Below are positions 30,185-41,600 of a stretch of DNA of 64,000 nucleotides, in pieces; the first letter of the stretch is position 1, and every line of letters begins with the position of its first letter. Made by a program: the position numbers and the translations under genes. The notes beneath the pieces were generated by a model. That model had not been told where the DNA came from and made no database searches. It saw only the letters and a program-made list of their open reading frames with translations. This stretch comes from Bacteroidales bacterium (lineage in GTDB: Bacteria > Bacteroidota > Bacteroidia > Bacteroidales > Tenuifilaceae): positions 281,229-345,228 of the forward strand of contig JACJXC010000007.1 of NCBI GenBank assembly GCA_020636835.1, written 5' to 3'.

Positions 30185-31447
30185 ATGGATAGAATATCGG
30201 TAAATATTCAATCGGAGGTAGGAGAACTGGAAGGGGTAATACTACACACCCCCGGAGCCGAAGTGGAGAATATGACCCCAGAAAACGCTCAGCGCGCGTT
30301 ATACAGCGACATCCTAAATTTGGATGTGGCCCGCAAGGAGTACGCTCAGCTTAGCGGAGTGCTATCGAAAGTTACACGCACATACGAAGTTGCAGACCTG
30401 CTGGAGATGGTTCTTAACAACGAGCGCGCCAAGGAGGAGTTGATTTTCGAGATCTGCAAACACGAATCGGCCCTTGCGCTAACCGACGATCTGCTAGATT
30501 GTAAACCCAAGGATTTGGCCCGCCTGCTGATGGTTGGCGTTCCACTGGTTAAAAATAATCTCACCAACTTTTTAAGCCACGAACGGTTCTCGCTAAAACC
30601 GTTGTATAATTTCTACTTTACTCGCGACGCATCAATTGCCATTGGCGAGGATGTGCTGATCTCCAAAATGGCGAATGCGGTTCGCGATCGTGAAAGCATC
30701 ATCATGGAGGCAATATTCTCGAAATCGGGCGCATTTAACACGCAAACCATCAACCCCGCCTCGTTCAACCTGGCCGAAAATACAACCATCGAGGGGGGCG
30801 ATGTGCTGGTTGCCCGCGAGGATATTCTGCTAATCGGGAATGGAGTTAGGACCAACACCCACGCCATCGACTTTATAATTAGCCGATTACTTGCCCGAAA
30901 CACCAAGCAGCGCCAGTACATCCTGGTTCAGGAACTCCCCAGCAAGCCCGAATCGTTTATTCACCTCGATATGGTTTTTACCCTGCTCGATGTGGATAAA
31001 TGTATGGTTTACGATCCAATTATCCTTCAGCCAAACCGCTACCAAACCGTTCAGATAACCATCGAGAAGGGAAAGGTGCTAGAGATAAAAACGGTTGACA
31101 ACCTCCTGGTTGCCCTTAAAAAGTTGGGAATGGATTTACAACCGATTTTCTGCGGAGGCATTAAAGACCGATGGATTCAGGATCGGGAGCAATGGCACAG
31201 CGGAGCCAACTTTGTGGCCATCGGCCCTGGCCGCGTGATTGGATACGCCCGCAACATTAACACCATGAACGAGATGAATCGTAATGGTTTCGAGATTATT
31301 CGGGCGAAGGATGTTGTAGCGGATAAGGTGAACCTAAACGACTACTCCAAATACGTTGTGGCCATCGATGGAAGCGAATTACCACGCGGCGGAGGTGGAG
31401 CTCGCTGCATGACAATGCCCGTTAGGCGCAAACCCATTAAATGGTAA
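30185..31447 (+). CDS. arcA: Arginine deiminase
   Basis: N-terminus …SEVGELEGVILHTPG.E… and the C-terminal catalytic GGGGARCMTMPV motif of the amidinotransferase superfamily. Confidence 0.8.
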   Translation: MDRISVNIQSEVGELEGVILHTPGAEVENMTPENAQRALYSDILNLDVARKEYAQLSGVLSKVTRTYEVADLLEMVLNNERAKEELIFEICKHESALALTDDLLDCKPKDLARLLMVGVPLVKNNLTNFLSHERFSLKPLYNFYFTRDASIAIGEDVLISKMANAVRDRESIIMEAIFSKSGAFNTQTINPASFNLAENTTIEGGDVLVAREDILLIGNGVRTNTHAIDFIISRLLARNTKQRQYILVQELPSKPESFIHLDMVFTLLDVDKCMVYDPIILQPNRYQTVQITIEKGKVLEIKTVDNLLVALKKLGMDLQPIFCGGIKDRWIQDREQWHSGANFVAIGPGRVIGYARNINTMNEMNRNGFEIIRAKDVVADKVNLNDYSKYVVAIDGSELPRGGGGARCMTMPVRRKPIKW

Positions 31448-31488
31448 AACTTACGGTTACCAAGTTACAAAACTCAGCATTACCCTAT

Positions 31489-31516
31489 GCCCCTCACTCC
31501 AGGGGCGTTTTTTTTA
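31489..31516 (+). terminator. Rho-independent terminator after arcA
   Basis: gcccct / aggggc stem followed by T9. Confidence 0.8.
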
Positions 31517-31519
31517 AAA

Positions 31520-31547
31520 ACGAAGCCCTGCGTTGCTGCAGGGCTTT
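31520..31547 (-). terminator. Terminator for the minus-strand membrane protein gene
   Basis: gccctgc / gcagggc 7-bp stem followed (on the minus strand) by TTCGTTTTT. Confidence 0.6.
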
Positions 31548-31641
31548 AAAGTTGATATAGATCAATAACACAAGTTGGGTGAACACCCGGCGATTTACCA
31601 AAAAATTGCTACAAATACGGTTCGAAATAACAACAGTACAA

Positions 31642-32076
31642 TTAAAACATCGAACCGGCGGTAACAACCACAAATACGATAAAAAGTAAGTATAACGCCA
31701 AAAACACGATGGTGAATATTCCCATATAACGGTAGTGTTTCTTTAGATAGTTTAGCGCCTCGGTCATTTGCCCACTATCCCTGTCGGCCAACGCTATTTT
31801 AGACAGATCCGAAAATTTAAACAGATAGTAAATGGGAAAAAAGTACACAACAATAAACCCCAGCATAACAATAAAGAATACGGCATTATAACCAAATCCG
31901 CCCATTCCGGTAGAAAATACAGCCAAAGCGCCAAACATCATAAGGGCAATAAAAACAAACCCCAGAATAGATAAGAACATGGTCCATTTCCGGGTTACTG
32001 CAATATGCTCGAGCCCCTCCGAGCCAATCTCAATCGAATTTTTAGTAGTTACAGTCTCTTGTTGGTTTTCCATCAC
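31642..32076 (-). CDS. Small integral membrane protein (hypothetical)
   Basis: Three predicted TM helices. No family recognised. Confidence 0.55.
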   Translation of the reverse strand: MMENQQETVTTKNSIEIGSEGLEHIAVTRKWTMFLSILGFVFIALMMFGALAVFSTGMGGFGYNAVFFIVMLGFIVVYFFPIYYLFKFSDLSKIALADRDSGQMTEALNYLKKHYRYMGIFTIVFLALYLLFIVFVVVTAGSMF

Positions 32077-32286
32077 AATAATTGATTAAGGGTTAATAAA
32101 TAAGATGTAAAATGTAAAAATAGTAAAAGAATTCACACCAACAACATCAACTACACAGCACAGCAAACACTCACAGCCGTATGTTGGCATCCCACATTAT
32201 TCATAAATTGAATACAAATGTAACCAGGTAAAAATATAGCCCAATAGGCAATGTGCACTATTGGGCTACAACAGAATCCCTTGTAT

Positions 32287-34164
32287 CTATTTAACGTGGT
32301 AACTATTATTTTCGGTAAAGGCATCGGGAATATCCCTATCACCCAGCACAACGCTCCGAATCGGTTTGGCAAAACTTTGTTTAAGGCTCCATTCCCTGGA
32401 ATTTTTCCACACCAGAGCCGAATGATAGATTTGCTCGGTACTACCATCAACAAAGGTAATAAGCAGCTTAATGGGAACAGGATACTGGCCCTTCATCCTA
32501 ACATCCAACGACAATTGATTGCCATTTACAACAACATTATCCAAGGCCAAATCGGCGTACCCGGTTTGGTAAAACCAGGAATTCCAATACCAACTCCAAT
32601 CCTGTGCGGTAACGGAGTTCAGCGTAAGGGCTAAGTCGGTGGGTGTTGGGTGCTTACCCTCCCATCGGGCAATAAACTCCTGAAACACTTTCCGGAACAT
32701 CTCCTTCCCAAGCATATCGTGCAAAAAGTAGAATCCAATGGCTGCACGTCCGTAATTCTGCATAAAATAAGAGCTTCCGTTAAGGTGTGTAGTGGGCACT
32801 GATAGCGGGATATCGTTAACAGATCCCATTGTTCGCTGGCTATAGGCATTAATGTAGTAATGGGCATTATCGTTACCGTACTCCTTCTCAATTTCTTTAG
32901 GAATAAAGGTAACCAACCCTTCGTCGATCCATCCGTATAGCACTTCGTTAGTACCCACCATGAAAGGGAAATAACTGTGGCTAACCTCGTGAGAGGTAAC
33001 AAATACCTTAAAATTAAGTTGATCGGCAGGCCCATCGTTACACATCATGGGGAACTCCATACCTCCATCGCCCTCCCAGATAGTGTTATGCGGGTAAGGG
33101 TACGGAACGCCCAGCAAATCGGTAGATAAGCGCTCAATGGTTCGGCGGGCTATGGCAGCCACGCCCTCACCCTCCTTGGAATCAATTTTATATACATGCC
33201 CAGCCATAGCACGACGCTTAGTCTTTGGATCGACCTCAACGCTTGTGGCATCCCAGATATAGTGGTCGCTCACACCAAACGCAAAATCCGACACATTGTT
33301 GGCCTTAAAATGCCATGTATTCTCAGTACTAGCTTTAAGAACTTTTTTAGAATGATAGTCCCCAGGAGTGATAACTCGAACAACATCGTCGGACTTTTTG
33401 GCCAAATCGATTCGCTTATTTATTTCGTCGGTGAAAAGGGCTTGCGAATTCTGCAACTCGCCAGTAGCCCAAGCCACATAGTCTTTTGGTAAAGTAATGC
33501 GAACATCAAAATTGCCATACTCGTTATAAAACTCGTAAAGACCAGTGTAGGGATCGACACTCCAGCCCATAATGTCGTCATAAACAGCAATTTGAGGATA
33601 CCAGTATGCCACAAAGTACGATGTGGAATCGTACCGCCCCATCCTAAGCAGAGTATTATTTGGGAGATTTACCTTCCAGCTCACATCCATTGTAAGACTC
33701 GACTTTGGGTTTAACTTCGAAGGAATCGGGACAATCATATTCGTTTCTACATACCGCAATTTGTCTGCAGGAATATCAAAGCCATTGATGCTAACTTGTT
33801 GCACTTCAACACCTGCAACACCAATATCGGCAGGCTCAACAGGGGTTTGCCGCATAACCTCAGGATTGTAGATATTTTGGTACAATCGTACAACCAAGGC
33901 TTTCAAAGTATCGGGGCTGTTATTACTTAAAACAACAGTTTCGGAGCCGGTTAAAACCCCAGTTCGAGGATCGAAGCTGGCCTTTATGTCGTAATCGGTT
34001 CGGTTCTGAAAATACTTAGGGCCTGGTTTTCCATCCGCGCCCCGTGTACCAAGTGCTATAGCCCTCTGTACATTAGTTGGGATAAACAAGTCCGATTGCT
34101 GTGCGCCCACATAACAAAACTCCAATAGGCAAGCAATTGTGCAGAGTAAATGTTTTGAAGCCAT
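32287..34164 (-). CDS. M1-family zinc metallopeptidase (aminopeptidase N-like), secreted
   Basis: Signal peptide. HEVSH…(18)…E zinc-binding motif (HExxH-x18-E). Confidence 0.85.
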   Translation of the reverse strand: MASKHLLCTIACLLEFCYVGAQQSDLFIPTNVQRAIALGTRGADGKPGPKYFQNRTDYDIKASFDPRTGVLTGSETVVLSNNSPDTLKALVVRLYQNIYNPEVMRQTPVEPADIGVAGVEVQQVSINGFDIPADKLRYVETNMIVPIPSKLNPKSSLTMDVSWKVNLPNNTLLRMGRYDSTSYFVAYWYPQIAVYDDIMGWSVDPYTGLYEFYNEYGNFDVRITLPKDYVAWATGELQNSQALFTDEINKRIDLAKKSDDVVRVITPGDYHSKKVLKASTENTWHFKANNVSDFAFGVSDHYIWDATSVEVDPKTKRRAMAGHVYKIDSKEGEGVAAIARRTIERLSTDLLGVPYPYPHNTIWEGDGGMEFPMMCNDGPADQLNFKVFVTSHEVSHSYFPFMVGTNEVLYGWIDEGLVTFIPKEIEKEYGNDNAHYYINAYSQRTMGSVNDIPLSVPTTHLNGSSYFMQNYGRAAIGFYFLHDMLGKEMFRKVFQEFIARWEGKHPTPTDLALTLNSVTAQDWSWYWNSWFYQTGYADLALDNVVVNGNQLSLDVRMKGQYPVPIKLLITFVDGSTEQIYHSALVWKNSREWSLKQSFAKPIRSVVLGDRDIPDAFTENNSYHVK

Positions 34165-34291
34165 ATCAACTTTGAATTAAGTTATTGGAAAAAGTTAATT
34201 CCTTAAAATAATCAATGTATTAGAGTATGGAATATGCAGAAGGTTTAAGAATGAAATAATACCGATTGTGATATATGGAAAAAATCGTGTA

Positions 34292-35170
34292 CTAAATGAT
34301 TTTTCGGCGACGAAACCATATATAAATCAGCCCCGAGATTAAGAGCATTAAGCCCAGCACGATAAAATAACCGTTCGGCCACCGAAGTTCAGGCATGAAA
34401 TGGAAGTTCATCCCGTAAATGCCTGCAATAAAAGTTAGAGGTAAAAAGAAGGCCGAGAAAACAGTCAGCAATTTCATCACATCGTTGCTACGCTTTGCGG
34501 TAATTGACAGGTAGGTGTTTAGGATTGAATTGACATCCTCAATAACCTCGTCGTAATGGAGCGTGTAGTTAAGCGCTGTCTCCTTTAAATCCTGTAGCAA
34601 CGAGGCTGAATCGGCACTTACCGTTAGCTGGTTAAATACATTTTGAGTTAGTTGCAGGATTTTTTTCGAAATCCTAGCTTTGGATTTCTGGAAATACAGC
34701 GACTCAACCGAAATGGATTTTCCATTCTGAAGGAATATCAGTTTCTCAAACTCATCAATACTATCGCTTTGTGTATGCAAAGGTTTCTCGTAGGTTAAAA
34801 GCATCTCGTTGAAAATATCGAGAACTAACTCTTCGATTGAGGTAAAAGTTTCGGGTCGAGTACTCAGAAAATCGAACTTTGCCCGATGAACGGTAATGAG
34901 TACTCCCTCGTTATAAAAAAAAGCAATTTTATTGGAGAGCTCCCCAACGGTTGTTACCTTGGCTGTGTGATGCGCCGAATATGCTCTTAGAATTATGAAT
35001 GTATAATCGTTTAGTTGCTCTATTTTGGGTAAGTGTCCCTGCTCAAGACTATCCTCAAGTAAATTAAAATCGATGGCAAAGGGTTGAGTAACATCTTTTA
35101 ACTCCTCCTGGGTCGGCTTCTCAAGGTCGATCCACTCAAAGGAGCTATACTTTCTGATTATTTTGCTCAT
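34292..35170 (-). CDS. corA: Magnesium/cobalt transporter CorA
   Basis: YGMNF (GMN) signature before the two C-terminal TM helices. Confidence 0.9.
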   Translation of the reverse strand: MSKIIRKYSSFEWIDLEKPTQEELKDVTQPFAIDFNLLEDSLEQGHLPKIEQLNDYTFIILRAYSAHHTAKVTTVGELSNKIAFFYNEGVLITVHRAKFDFLSTRPETFTSIEELVLDIFNEMLLTYEKPLHTQSDSIDEFEKLIFLQNGKSISVESLYFQKSKARISKKILQLTQNVFNQLTVSADSASLLQDLKETALNYTLHYDEVIEDVNSILNTYLSITAKRSNDVMKLLTVFSAFFLPLTFIAGIYGMNFHFMPELRWPNGYFIVLGLMLLISGLIYIWFRRRKII

Positions 35171-35249
35171 TTTGTGCTATTCACTATAATAGAATAGCAC
35201 AAAATTAAGCTAAAAGTTAGATTTTCAAACAAATAAAGACAATAGCCCT

Positions 35250-37607
35250 CTACAGAATTATTAGCTTACTAACAAAAAACTTACCCTTTGAGATCAATTT
35301 CACAAAATAGAGCCCTTTTGTATATTTCGAAATATCTATAGGCTTTTGGGTATCGAAAGTTGAATTATACACGCACTTGCCATTAATATCGACAATTGAA
35401 ACTATTGCTGAATTAACACCATCGGGCAACGTAATGACAATGGACTCATTGGCAGGATTGGGGTAAATAATCGCAGTATTATTACCATTACCAGGGATGT
35501 AGCTGGCAGTTTGAACGGTATAATTCCACTCGGAATCGCCGGCAATTCCGGCAAAGTAATTTCCGGAATTATCGGCAATAACATTACCCTCAATGTTAAC
35601 ATAGTACGAAGTTCCAGCACTAAATTCGCCTTCGGGATTAATGGTTACTGTATTTCCCTGAAACAACAATCGGTCATCGGAATAAGGAATTGTTTCAAAA
35701 ACAGTGGCATTGGAACTATAAATAGTTACACTCCCTGCGGTGCCCCTTATCACATTGTTGCTAAATGTCATAACTAGGTTATCGGTTGGCAGAACCGTAG
35801 TGGCATCGTCGAAAGGGCTATAGGATTGAACCTTAAGGCCGGATGCACTGGCGTTGGATCCTTCAATTAAAATATTATCGACCCGCCACATTGCAGCACC
35901 GCCCGACGTTGTTCCCGTGGCCTTGTACTTAAACGCAAAGTAAACGGCAGAACCCGAAATACCCGACAAGTTAATGCTCCCCGAAGGGGTAAGATCTACA
36001 GTAGTGGCTACAGTAAAATTCAGTTTAGTCCAAGTTCCTTGTGTCGAGGGATTACTTGTGCCATCGTAATTGGTTGAGTAAAACAACTCCAAGGCTGGGC
36101 CGGCATACTGGGTTGCAGTAGTAAAAGCCATTACTACCGAGGAATAATTGTTCAGATTAAGCGCTGGCGATATTAGCCAATCCTCGTCGGTTGTACCACC
36201 AAAGCCATTCATTTCCTCATAGCCGGAGCCACAAACCCAGGCATCATCGCCTGCAACATCGTATGGAGTCCAAGTAATTGCAGAACAATTCTCAAAATCT
36301 TCAGAATTTAGAACAGTAAAGCCCTCTAGCGTTTTAGCACTGACACTTGGGGTTCCAGATGTTAAGTAGTCGATACTACTACTCGAATTTGAGTAAGGGT
36401 AAATTTTAAAATAGTACGTAGTGTTTGGACTTAAGCCAGGCACAGTGTAGGATTGAACACCCTGAGAAACATTTGCAACACCTATCCCACTGTTAACGGC
36501 AACTCCATCAGTTGGTACTGAAATTGAGGGACTTGTTCCCCATTTAATTAAATAACCCGATGGCAAATTAGCGCCAGCAGCATCAGTCCAAACCAACCTT
36601 ATGCTTTTAGATGTTATATTAGTTGCGCTAAAGCCAGTAACATTGTTTGAGGGCTCAGGGTTAATGGTTGATTGGGCAAGCCAGATTGTGGCATTAGTCA
36701 TAAAAACGCCATCGTCGCCGGTAGCACTACCCGCGTTGTAGGGCTGGTACCAGCCCGGATAGGTATGGGAATTATCGTGGGCAGTTTCATCTTCGGGAAC
36801 GGAGCTGTCGCCAACCGCAACCACCCGACCCTTGCCATACGTTGCGCAAGCCGCCATTACACCGGTTGTTCCGGTGTTTGAATGCCCATCGTAGAAAACC
36901 AACCCAACCGCATTTGGGTTGGCATTGCGATCTATTGTAAAGGTTGCGCCGTTGTAAAAAGCCAAGCCATCCACATCGCCTGCAGGGCCATGCAGAATAG
37001 TGTTCGAAGGCAGATTGGCCACATTGGTTGCAGGATCTTTGCTCACGTTACTATCTGTATCAACAGTAAAACCAAACGGATTGCTATACGAAGCAAAGAA
37101 ATCGTTCCACACCTCGAGGGCATCCCAACCGTCACCATCCCTATCTGCCACTGCATGATCGGAAACTATAAATAAACCACCACCGTTTTGAACAAAATCG
37201 ATCATCGCCTTTTTTTCAGAGGTGGAGAATGGGTTGTTTGGCTCGCATACAACAAAAATGTCGTAGTTCGACAAATCCTGTGAATTTGAAGCATCATTAT
37301 ATGTGATTGAGCCAGTTTTAGGCAAAGTTTCAACGTAATAGCCACGTTTAACCATTTCCACACCCCAACTCGAAAGAGCTCCCTGCCAATAGGTTTCCGC
37401 AGTGGTTTGGGTAATTCCCGATTGCCCAGGGCTAGGAACTGCCTGATTGTCATCGATTATCCAATCGGCATTACTCGCAGTTTCGCCCTTAGTATTATCG
37501 AAAAGGATTTTTTTTTGACCGAATAAGCTGGATAAACACAGTATAAATCCAACAATTAATAAGCACTTCTTCATCTCCAGTAATTTATTTATAGTCCAAT
37601 ACGGCAT
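35250..37607 (-). CDS. Cell-surface protein with FN3/lamin-tail-like domains and a T9SS C-terminal sorting domain
   Basis: Signal peptide. Ser/Thr/Gly/Asn-rich beta-domain composition. C-terminal …KGLYFVKLISKGKFFVSKLIIL is typical of a Por secretion tail. Confidence 0.8.
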   Translation of the reverse strand: MPYWTINKLLEMKKCLLIVGFILCLSSLFGQKKILFDNTKGETASNADWIIDDNQAVPSPGQSGITQTTAETYWQGALSSWGVEMVKRGYYVETLPKTGSITYNDASNSQDLSNYDIFVVCEPNNPFSTSEKKAMIDFVQNGGGLFIVSDHAVADRDGDGWDALEVWNDFFASYSNPFGFTVDTDSNVSKDPATNVANLPSNTILHGPAGDVDGLAFYNGATFTIDRNANPNAVGLVFYDGHSNTGTTGVMAACATYGKGRVVAVGDSSVPEDETAHDNSHTYPGWYQPYNAGSATGDDGVFMTNATIWLAQSTINPEPSNNVTGFSATNITSKSIRLVWTDAAGANLPSGYLIKWGTSPSISVPTDGVAVNSGIGVANVSQGVQSYTVPGLSPNTTYYFKIYPYSNSSSSIDYLTSGTPSVSAKTLEGFTVLNSEDFENCSAITWTPYDVAGDDAWVCGSGYEEMNGFGGTTDEDWLISPALNLNNYSSVVMAFTTATQYAGPALELFYSTNYDGTSNPSTQGTWTKLNFTVATTVDLTPSGSINLSGISGSAVYFAFKYKATGTTSGGAAMWRVDNILIEGSNASASGLKVQSYSPFDDATTVLPTDNLVMTFSNNVIRGTAGSVTIYSSNATVFETIPYSDDRLLFQGNTVTINPEGEFSAGTSYYVNIEGNVIADNSGNYFAGIAGDSEWNYTVQTASYIPGNGNNTAIIYPNPANESIVITLPDGVNSAIVSIVDINGKCVYNSTFDTQKPIDISKYTKGLYFVKLISKGKFFVSKLIIL

Positions 37608-37930
37608 TGGCGTAGTTTACAAAACGACACAAAGGTTCCGGGGATTACAACGAGATGAGAATAAACTATGCGTAACAAAAGAGATAGTAGCAAATCCATA
37701 GCAACAAGCCCAACTGCGAATTCCTAACCTGATGAATTTGCTGCAAAAATAATGGATATATTCTAAAACGATAAATTCGCCTTATAATCAATAAATAATC
37801 CTTTAAATAAAAAATACAGATGCGATTATTCTAAAATGAAGCCCTAACAACTAATTTTCAGACCATTTGTTCCACAAAGTGAGTTCAACCCCTTTTACAG
37901 GGGAAATAGTCTGTGCAAATACGAACCATT

Positions 37931-38530
37931 CTACCGCGCCATCTCCTTTATTTCATCAAATCCATCCATCACGTTCTTAATCATCAGTAGGCGTTGGTTT
38001 ATGTTTATCAGACGGGTTCGCAAATTCATGATCTTAAGGATGAGCAGCTCTTCGTTGGTTAGCGTGGAGTATTTCCGCATTACCTCAATTTTGGTAACCA
38101 CAAATGATATGGCCTGAAGAATATTCTCGTACACAAAGCTACTCTTTGCCTTAACCTCATCGCCCTTATCGGATGTTCTTATGAGTTCCTGCCCGCGATT
38201 ATTGATTTTACCGCGCTTCCGGAGCTTCTCGTAAAGTTCAATGTTCTTATTCTCGTCCGATTTGTAGAAAACACTCTCCAGAATATCGGTTTGCAGGAGT
38301 TTTAGTATGGTTTTAATTTGTGCGTCGTTAACCTTGGTATTGGTAAACTTATCGAAGTTGACAGTTTTCAGCACCTCCAGGTTATTCACAATCTCAATGT
38401 AAAGCAGCCGCAGGTAAACGGTTGTATCCTGCTTAATACGCTGGTATTTTTCAATTTTATCGATCACGGTTTCGATAAAATCGCCTGATTTTGCGGCAAT
38501 ACTTACACCAGATTCAATGGATTCGAGCAT
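37931..38530 (-). CDS. Hypothetical all-alpha protein, Lys/Ile-rich with no His or Cys. Low-GC gene.
   Basis: Intact 199-aa ORF in an AT-rich island. No recognisable family. Confidence 0.45.
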   Translation of the reverse strand: MLESIESGVSIAAKSGDFIETVIDKIEKYQRIKQDTTVYLRLLYIEIVNNLEVLKTVNFDKFTNTKVNDAQIKTILKLLQTDILESVFYKSDENKNIELYEKLRKRGKINNRGQELIRTSDKGDEVKAKSSFVYENILQAISFVVTKIEVMRKYSTLTNEELLILKIMNLRTRLININQRLLMIKNVMDGFDEIKEMAR

Positions 38531-38638
38531 AGGTAGAGAATTTACAGATAAAGCTAATCAAAAATACTGAACTTTCGGTAAAGTTACCGAATAATTGGCT
38601 CGATAATGAATGCATAACAGTTGGAATCGAGATCCACA

Positions 38639-41600
38639 TCAAGCGGGGCAGTGCTTTTTAATCAGATTAACTAAAACTTCGTAGCTGATGGGTTTGGGAA
38701 TGTAATCGTTACAGCCCGCCCGAATGGCCTTCTCCCTATCGCCCGTCAATGCGTGAGCGGTTTGAGCAATAATTACAACATTGCGATTAAACTTGCGGAT
38801 ATTTTCAGTTGCCTCCAATCCGTTCATTACAGGCATTTTAACATCCATCAAAACAAGGTCGATATCGGGGTTTTTACCAATAATATCAATAGCGCTCTGC
38901 CCATTATTGGCCTGCAAAATCGCAAAATTTAAATGCGTTAGCATAAGCGTTAATAGCGTACTCGATGCGGGATCGTCCTCAACTATAAGAACCTTAAGCT
39001 TGGGGAAATTATGCTGCGATGTTTTTGCATCAACGGCAGACTTTGCTGTGCTTGCCAACGGCTGTTTAATAACCGGAATGGTAAAGTAAAAAGATGAGCC
39101 CTGTTGCTCCTCACTCTCAACCCAGATACGCCCCCCAAGCATCTGCACAAAAGCCTTGGTAATAGATAAACCCAGCCCAGCTCCCTGATACGCATTTTTA
39201 TCGCTAATATCGGCCTGCACAAAGCGCTCGAATATGGCCTCCTGTCTATCTTTAGGTATTCCTATGCCCGTATCTTTCACCATAAACTCAACGCAATCAT
39301 CGCTCAATTCACATTTAACAATAACTACACCTTTTTCGGTGAACTTAATGGCATTCTTAATAAGATTGGTGAGGATAGCATATAACTTCTCGCCATCGGT
39401 ACTGATGGACAAACCCTCGACACCGGCTCCTTTTTTTAGGAATAACGCCAATCCTTTGAGCTCGGCCTCGGGCTTAAAGAAGTCGTATAGGTATTTAAGT
39501 TGTTCATCGATGCTGGTTGGCGCAATTTTGAGCTTCATTTGACCCGATTCGATCTTCGAGATATCAATAATATCGTTGATAATACCAAGCAGCCGGAATC
39601 CGCTTTTCTCAATAATATCGATATATTCCTTCTGCTCCCGGGATGTATCCCTGGCCTGCTTCAACAAACTGGTGAAACCCAGAATCCCATTCATTGGGGT
39701 TCGAATCTCGTGGCTCATATTGGCAAGGAATGCCGATTTAAGCCGATCGCTCTCCTCTGCTTTCTCCTTGGCTTTAATTAGTTCCTGCTCAAACTCCTTA
39801 ATTGGAGTAATATCGCGCACATTAATAACCACCGCGTTGATAAGAGGGTTGTCGAGGAAGTTCTGCCCAACAGCCTCAAACCAAATGTATTCCTTTGTTT
39901 TATGCTTATGACGGTACTGAACCCTAATTGTTTCGTCCTTTTTAATTAATACCTCGTTCCATGCTTTTAATACAACATCCAAATCATCGGGATAAATTAC
40001 ATTCTGAATTGGGCCAAGCAGCTCATTAAGGCTAAAGCCTGTTGCTCGAACAGCAGCCTCGCTAACATAAAACTGTTCTGCTTTATCGTTAACCAGGAGG
40101 AATGTGTCGTTGGAATTCTTGAGCATCAGCCTAAACTTCTCTTCACTTTTCTCAACCATTCCCTTGGCTTTATGGAGTTCCTCGTTGGTTTGAAGCAGTT
40201 CCTCGTTGAGCGCCATGTACTCCTCATTTTGCTCTTTTAAGATTAGTTCGTTTTGCTTCCGTTCGGTAATATCCTGAATAATGCCAACGCCCCCAACCTG
40301 TTTTTGGTTTGCGTAAATAGGGGCAAAAACAATTTGAACAGGGGTAACTTTGTTTGCTGTTGTTGAACGGTAGTAGTCTTCGTAATGGCCAACACCGCCT
40401 ACTATAGCCACTTTAAGAGCCTCCACAACTTTATTGTCGGGCAGTTTAAGCATATCGAGCCCCACCAGCACCTGTTTCGACGATCCAATAATACGCACAA
40501 ACTCCTCGTTGCACGCAATAATTCGGCCGTTATTATCGAAATGAAGAATTCCAAGGGGGGCATTTTCAAAGATCAGGCGGTACTTGGCCTCACTTTCCTC
40601 TGCTAACTCCTTAGCCCGAATAAGTTCAAATTCGGTTTGCTTACGTAGTGTGATATCCCTGTTTACGAACAGAATACCAATGGGATTATTGTTAGCATCG
40701 TGTAGTACATTGGCGTTGGACTCGCAATAAAACTGCGCTCCATTCTTCCGAAGCATAACGTATTCCGCAGCCCCAGTCAAATGCCCCTTTAACATTTCGG
40801 CGATTAAATTCGATGCTTTTTCCCGGTACGAATATTCCACGAACTCCAGAACATTTCGACCAATAATTTCATCGGACGAATCGTAACCCCAAAGCGCAAC
40901 AATTTGATTGGTTACAAACTGCACCGTACCATCGAGCGCCGATATGGCAATTCCATCGGGCGAGGTTTCGATGATTGTTTTTAGCTTGCGCTCGTTCTCA
41001 ATCAGCGTTCGTTCGGCATTTTTAAGTTCGGTAATATCGATAAGCGATGCAATGCTTTTTTTTGATCCGGGGATTATACCTACGCTATTTACCATAAAGC
41101 GAATTTCCCCGTTTCTGCGGATATACCTAAAATAGTACTTATGTGGAGCCCCATCCGGATCAACCCTTCGGGTTTTATGGTACTGCCGCATCCGTTCAAG
41201 ATCTTCGGGAACCACAAACTGAGTCCAGCTCATTTTCCCCTCCATTTCCTCGGGTGTGTAGCCCGAGAGCGAAACCCACTCGGAGTTAGTGAGCAGAATA
41301 GTTGTATCCTCATCAATAATTATCGATGCGGTTCCTGTGTTCTCAAAAATAGCCCTATATTGCTGTTCCGATTCTTTAATGGCGTTTTCGGCAATTTTTC
41401 GCTCGCTAATATCGCGCATAAACGATTGGTAGGTTCCATTGGGCATCTTGCGCGATGTCATCTCAACAATCACTGTCGATCCATCTTTCCGTAATGTCTC
41501 GCGTTCGGCAGTAACTACTTCGCCTTTATCGAGCAAATCGTACCTTAATGGTTTTTTGTTTAACTCCGATGACGAGAAAAGTTGTCGCATATTCATGGCG

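Noticed and set aside
35171-35249. Mg2+ riboswitch (M-box) upstream of corA
   Set aside because: The spacer is only 79 nt, far too short for an M-box aptamer.
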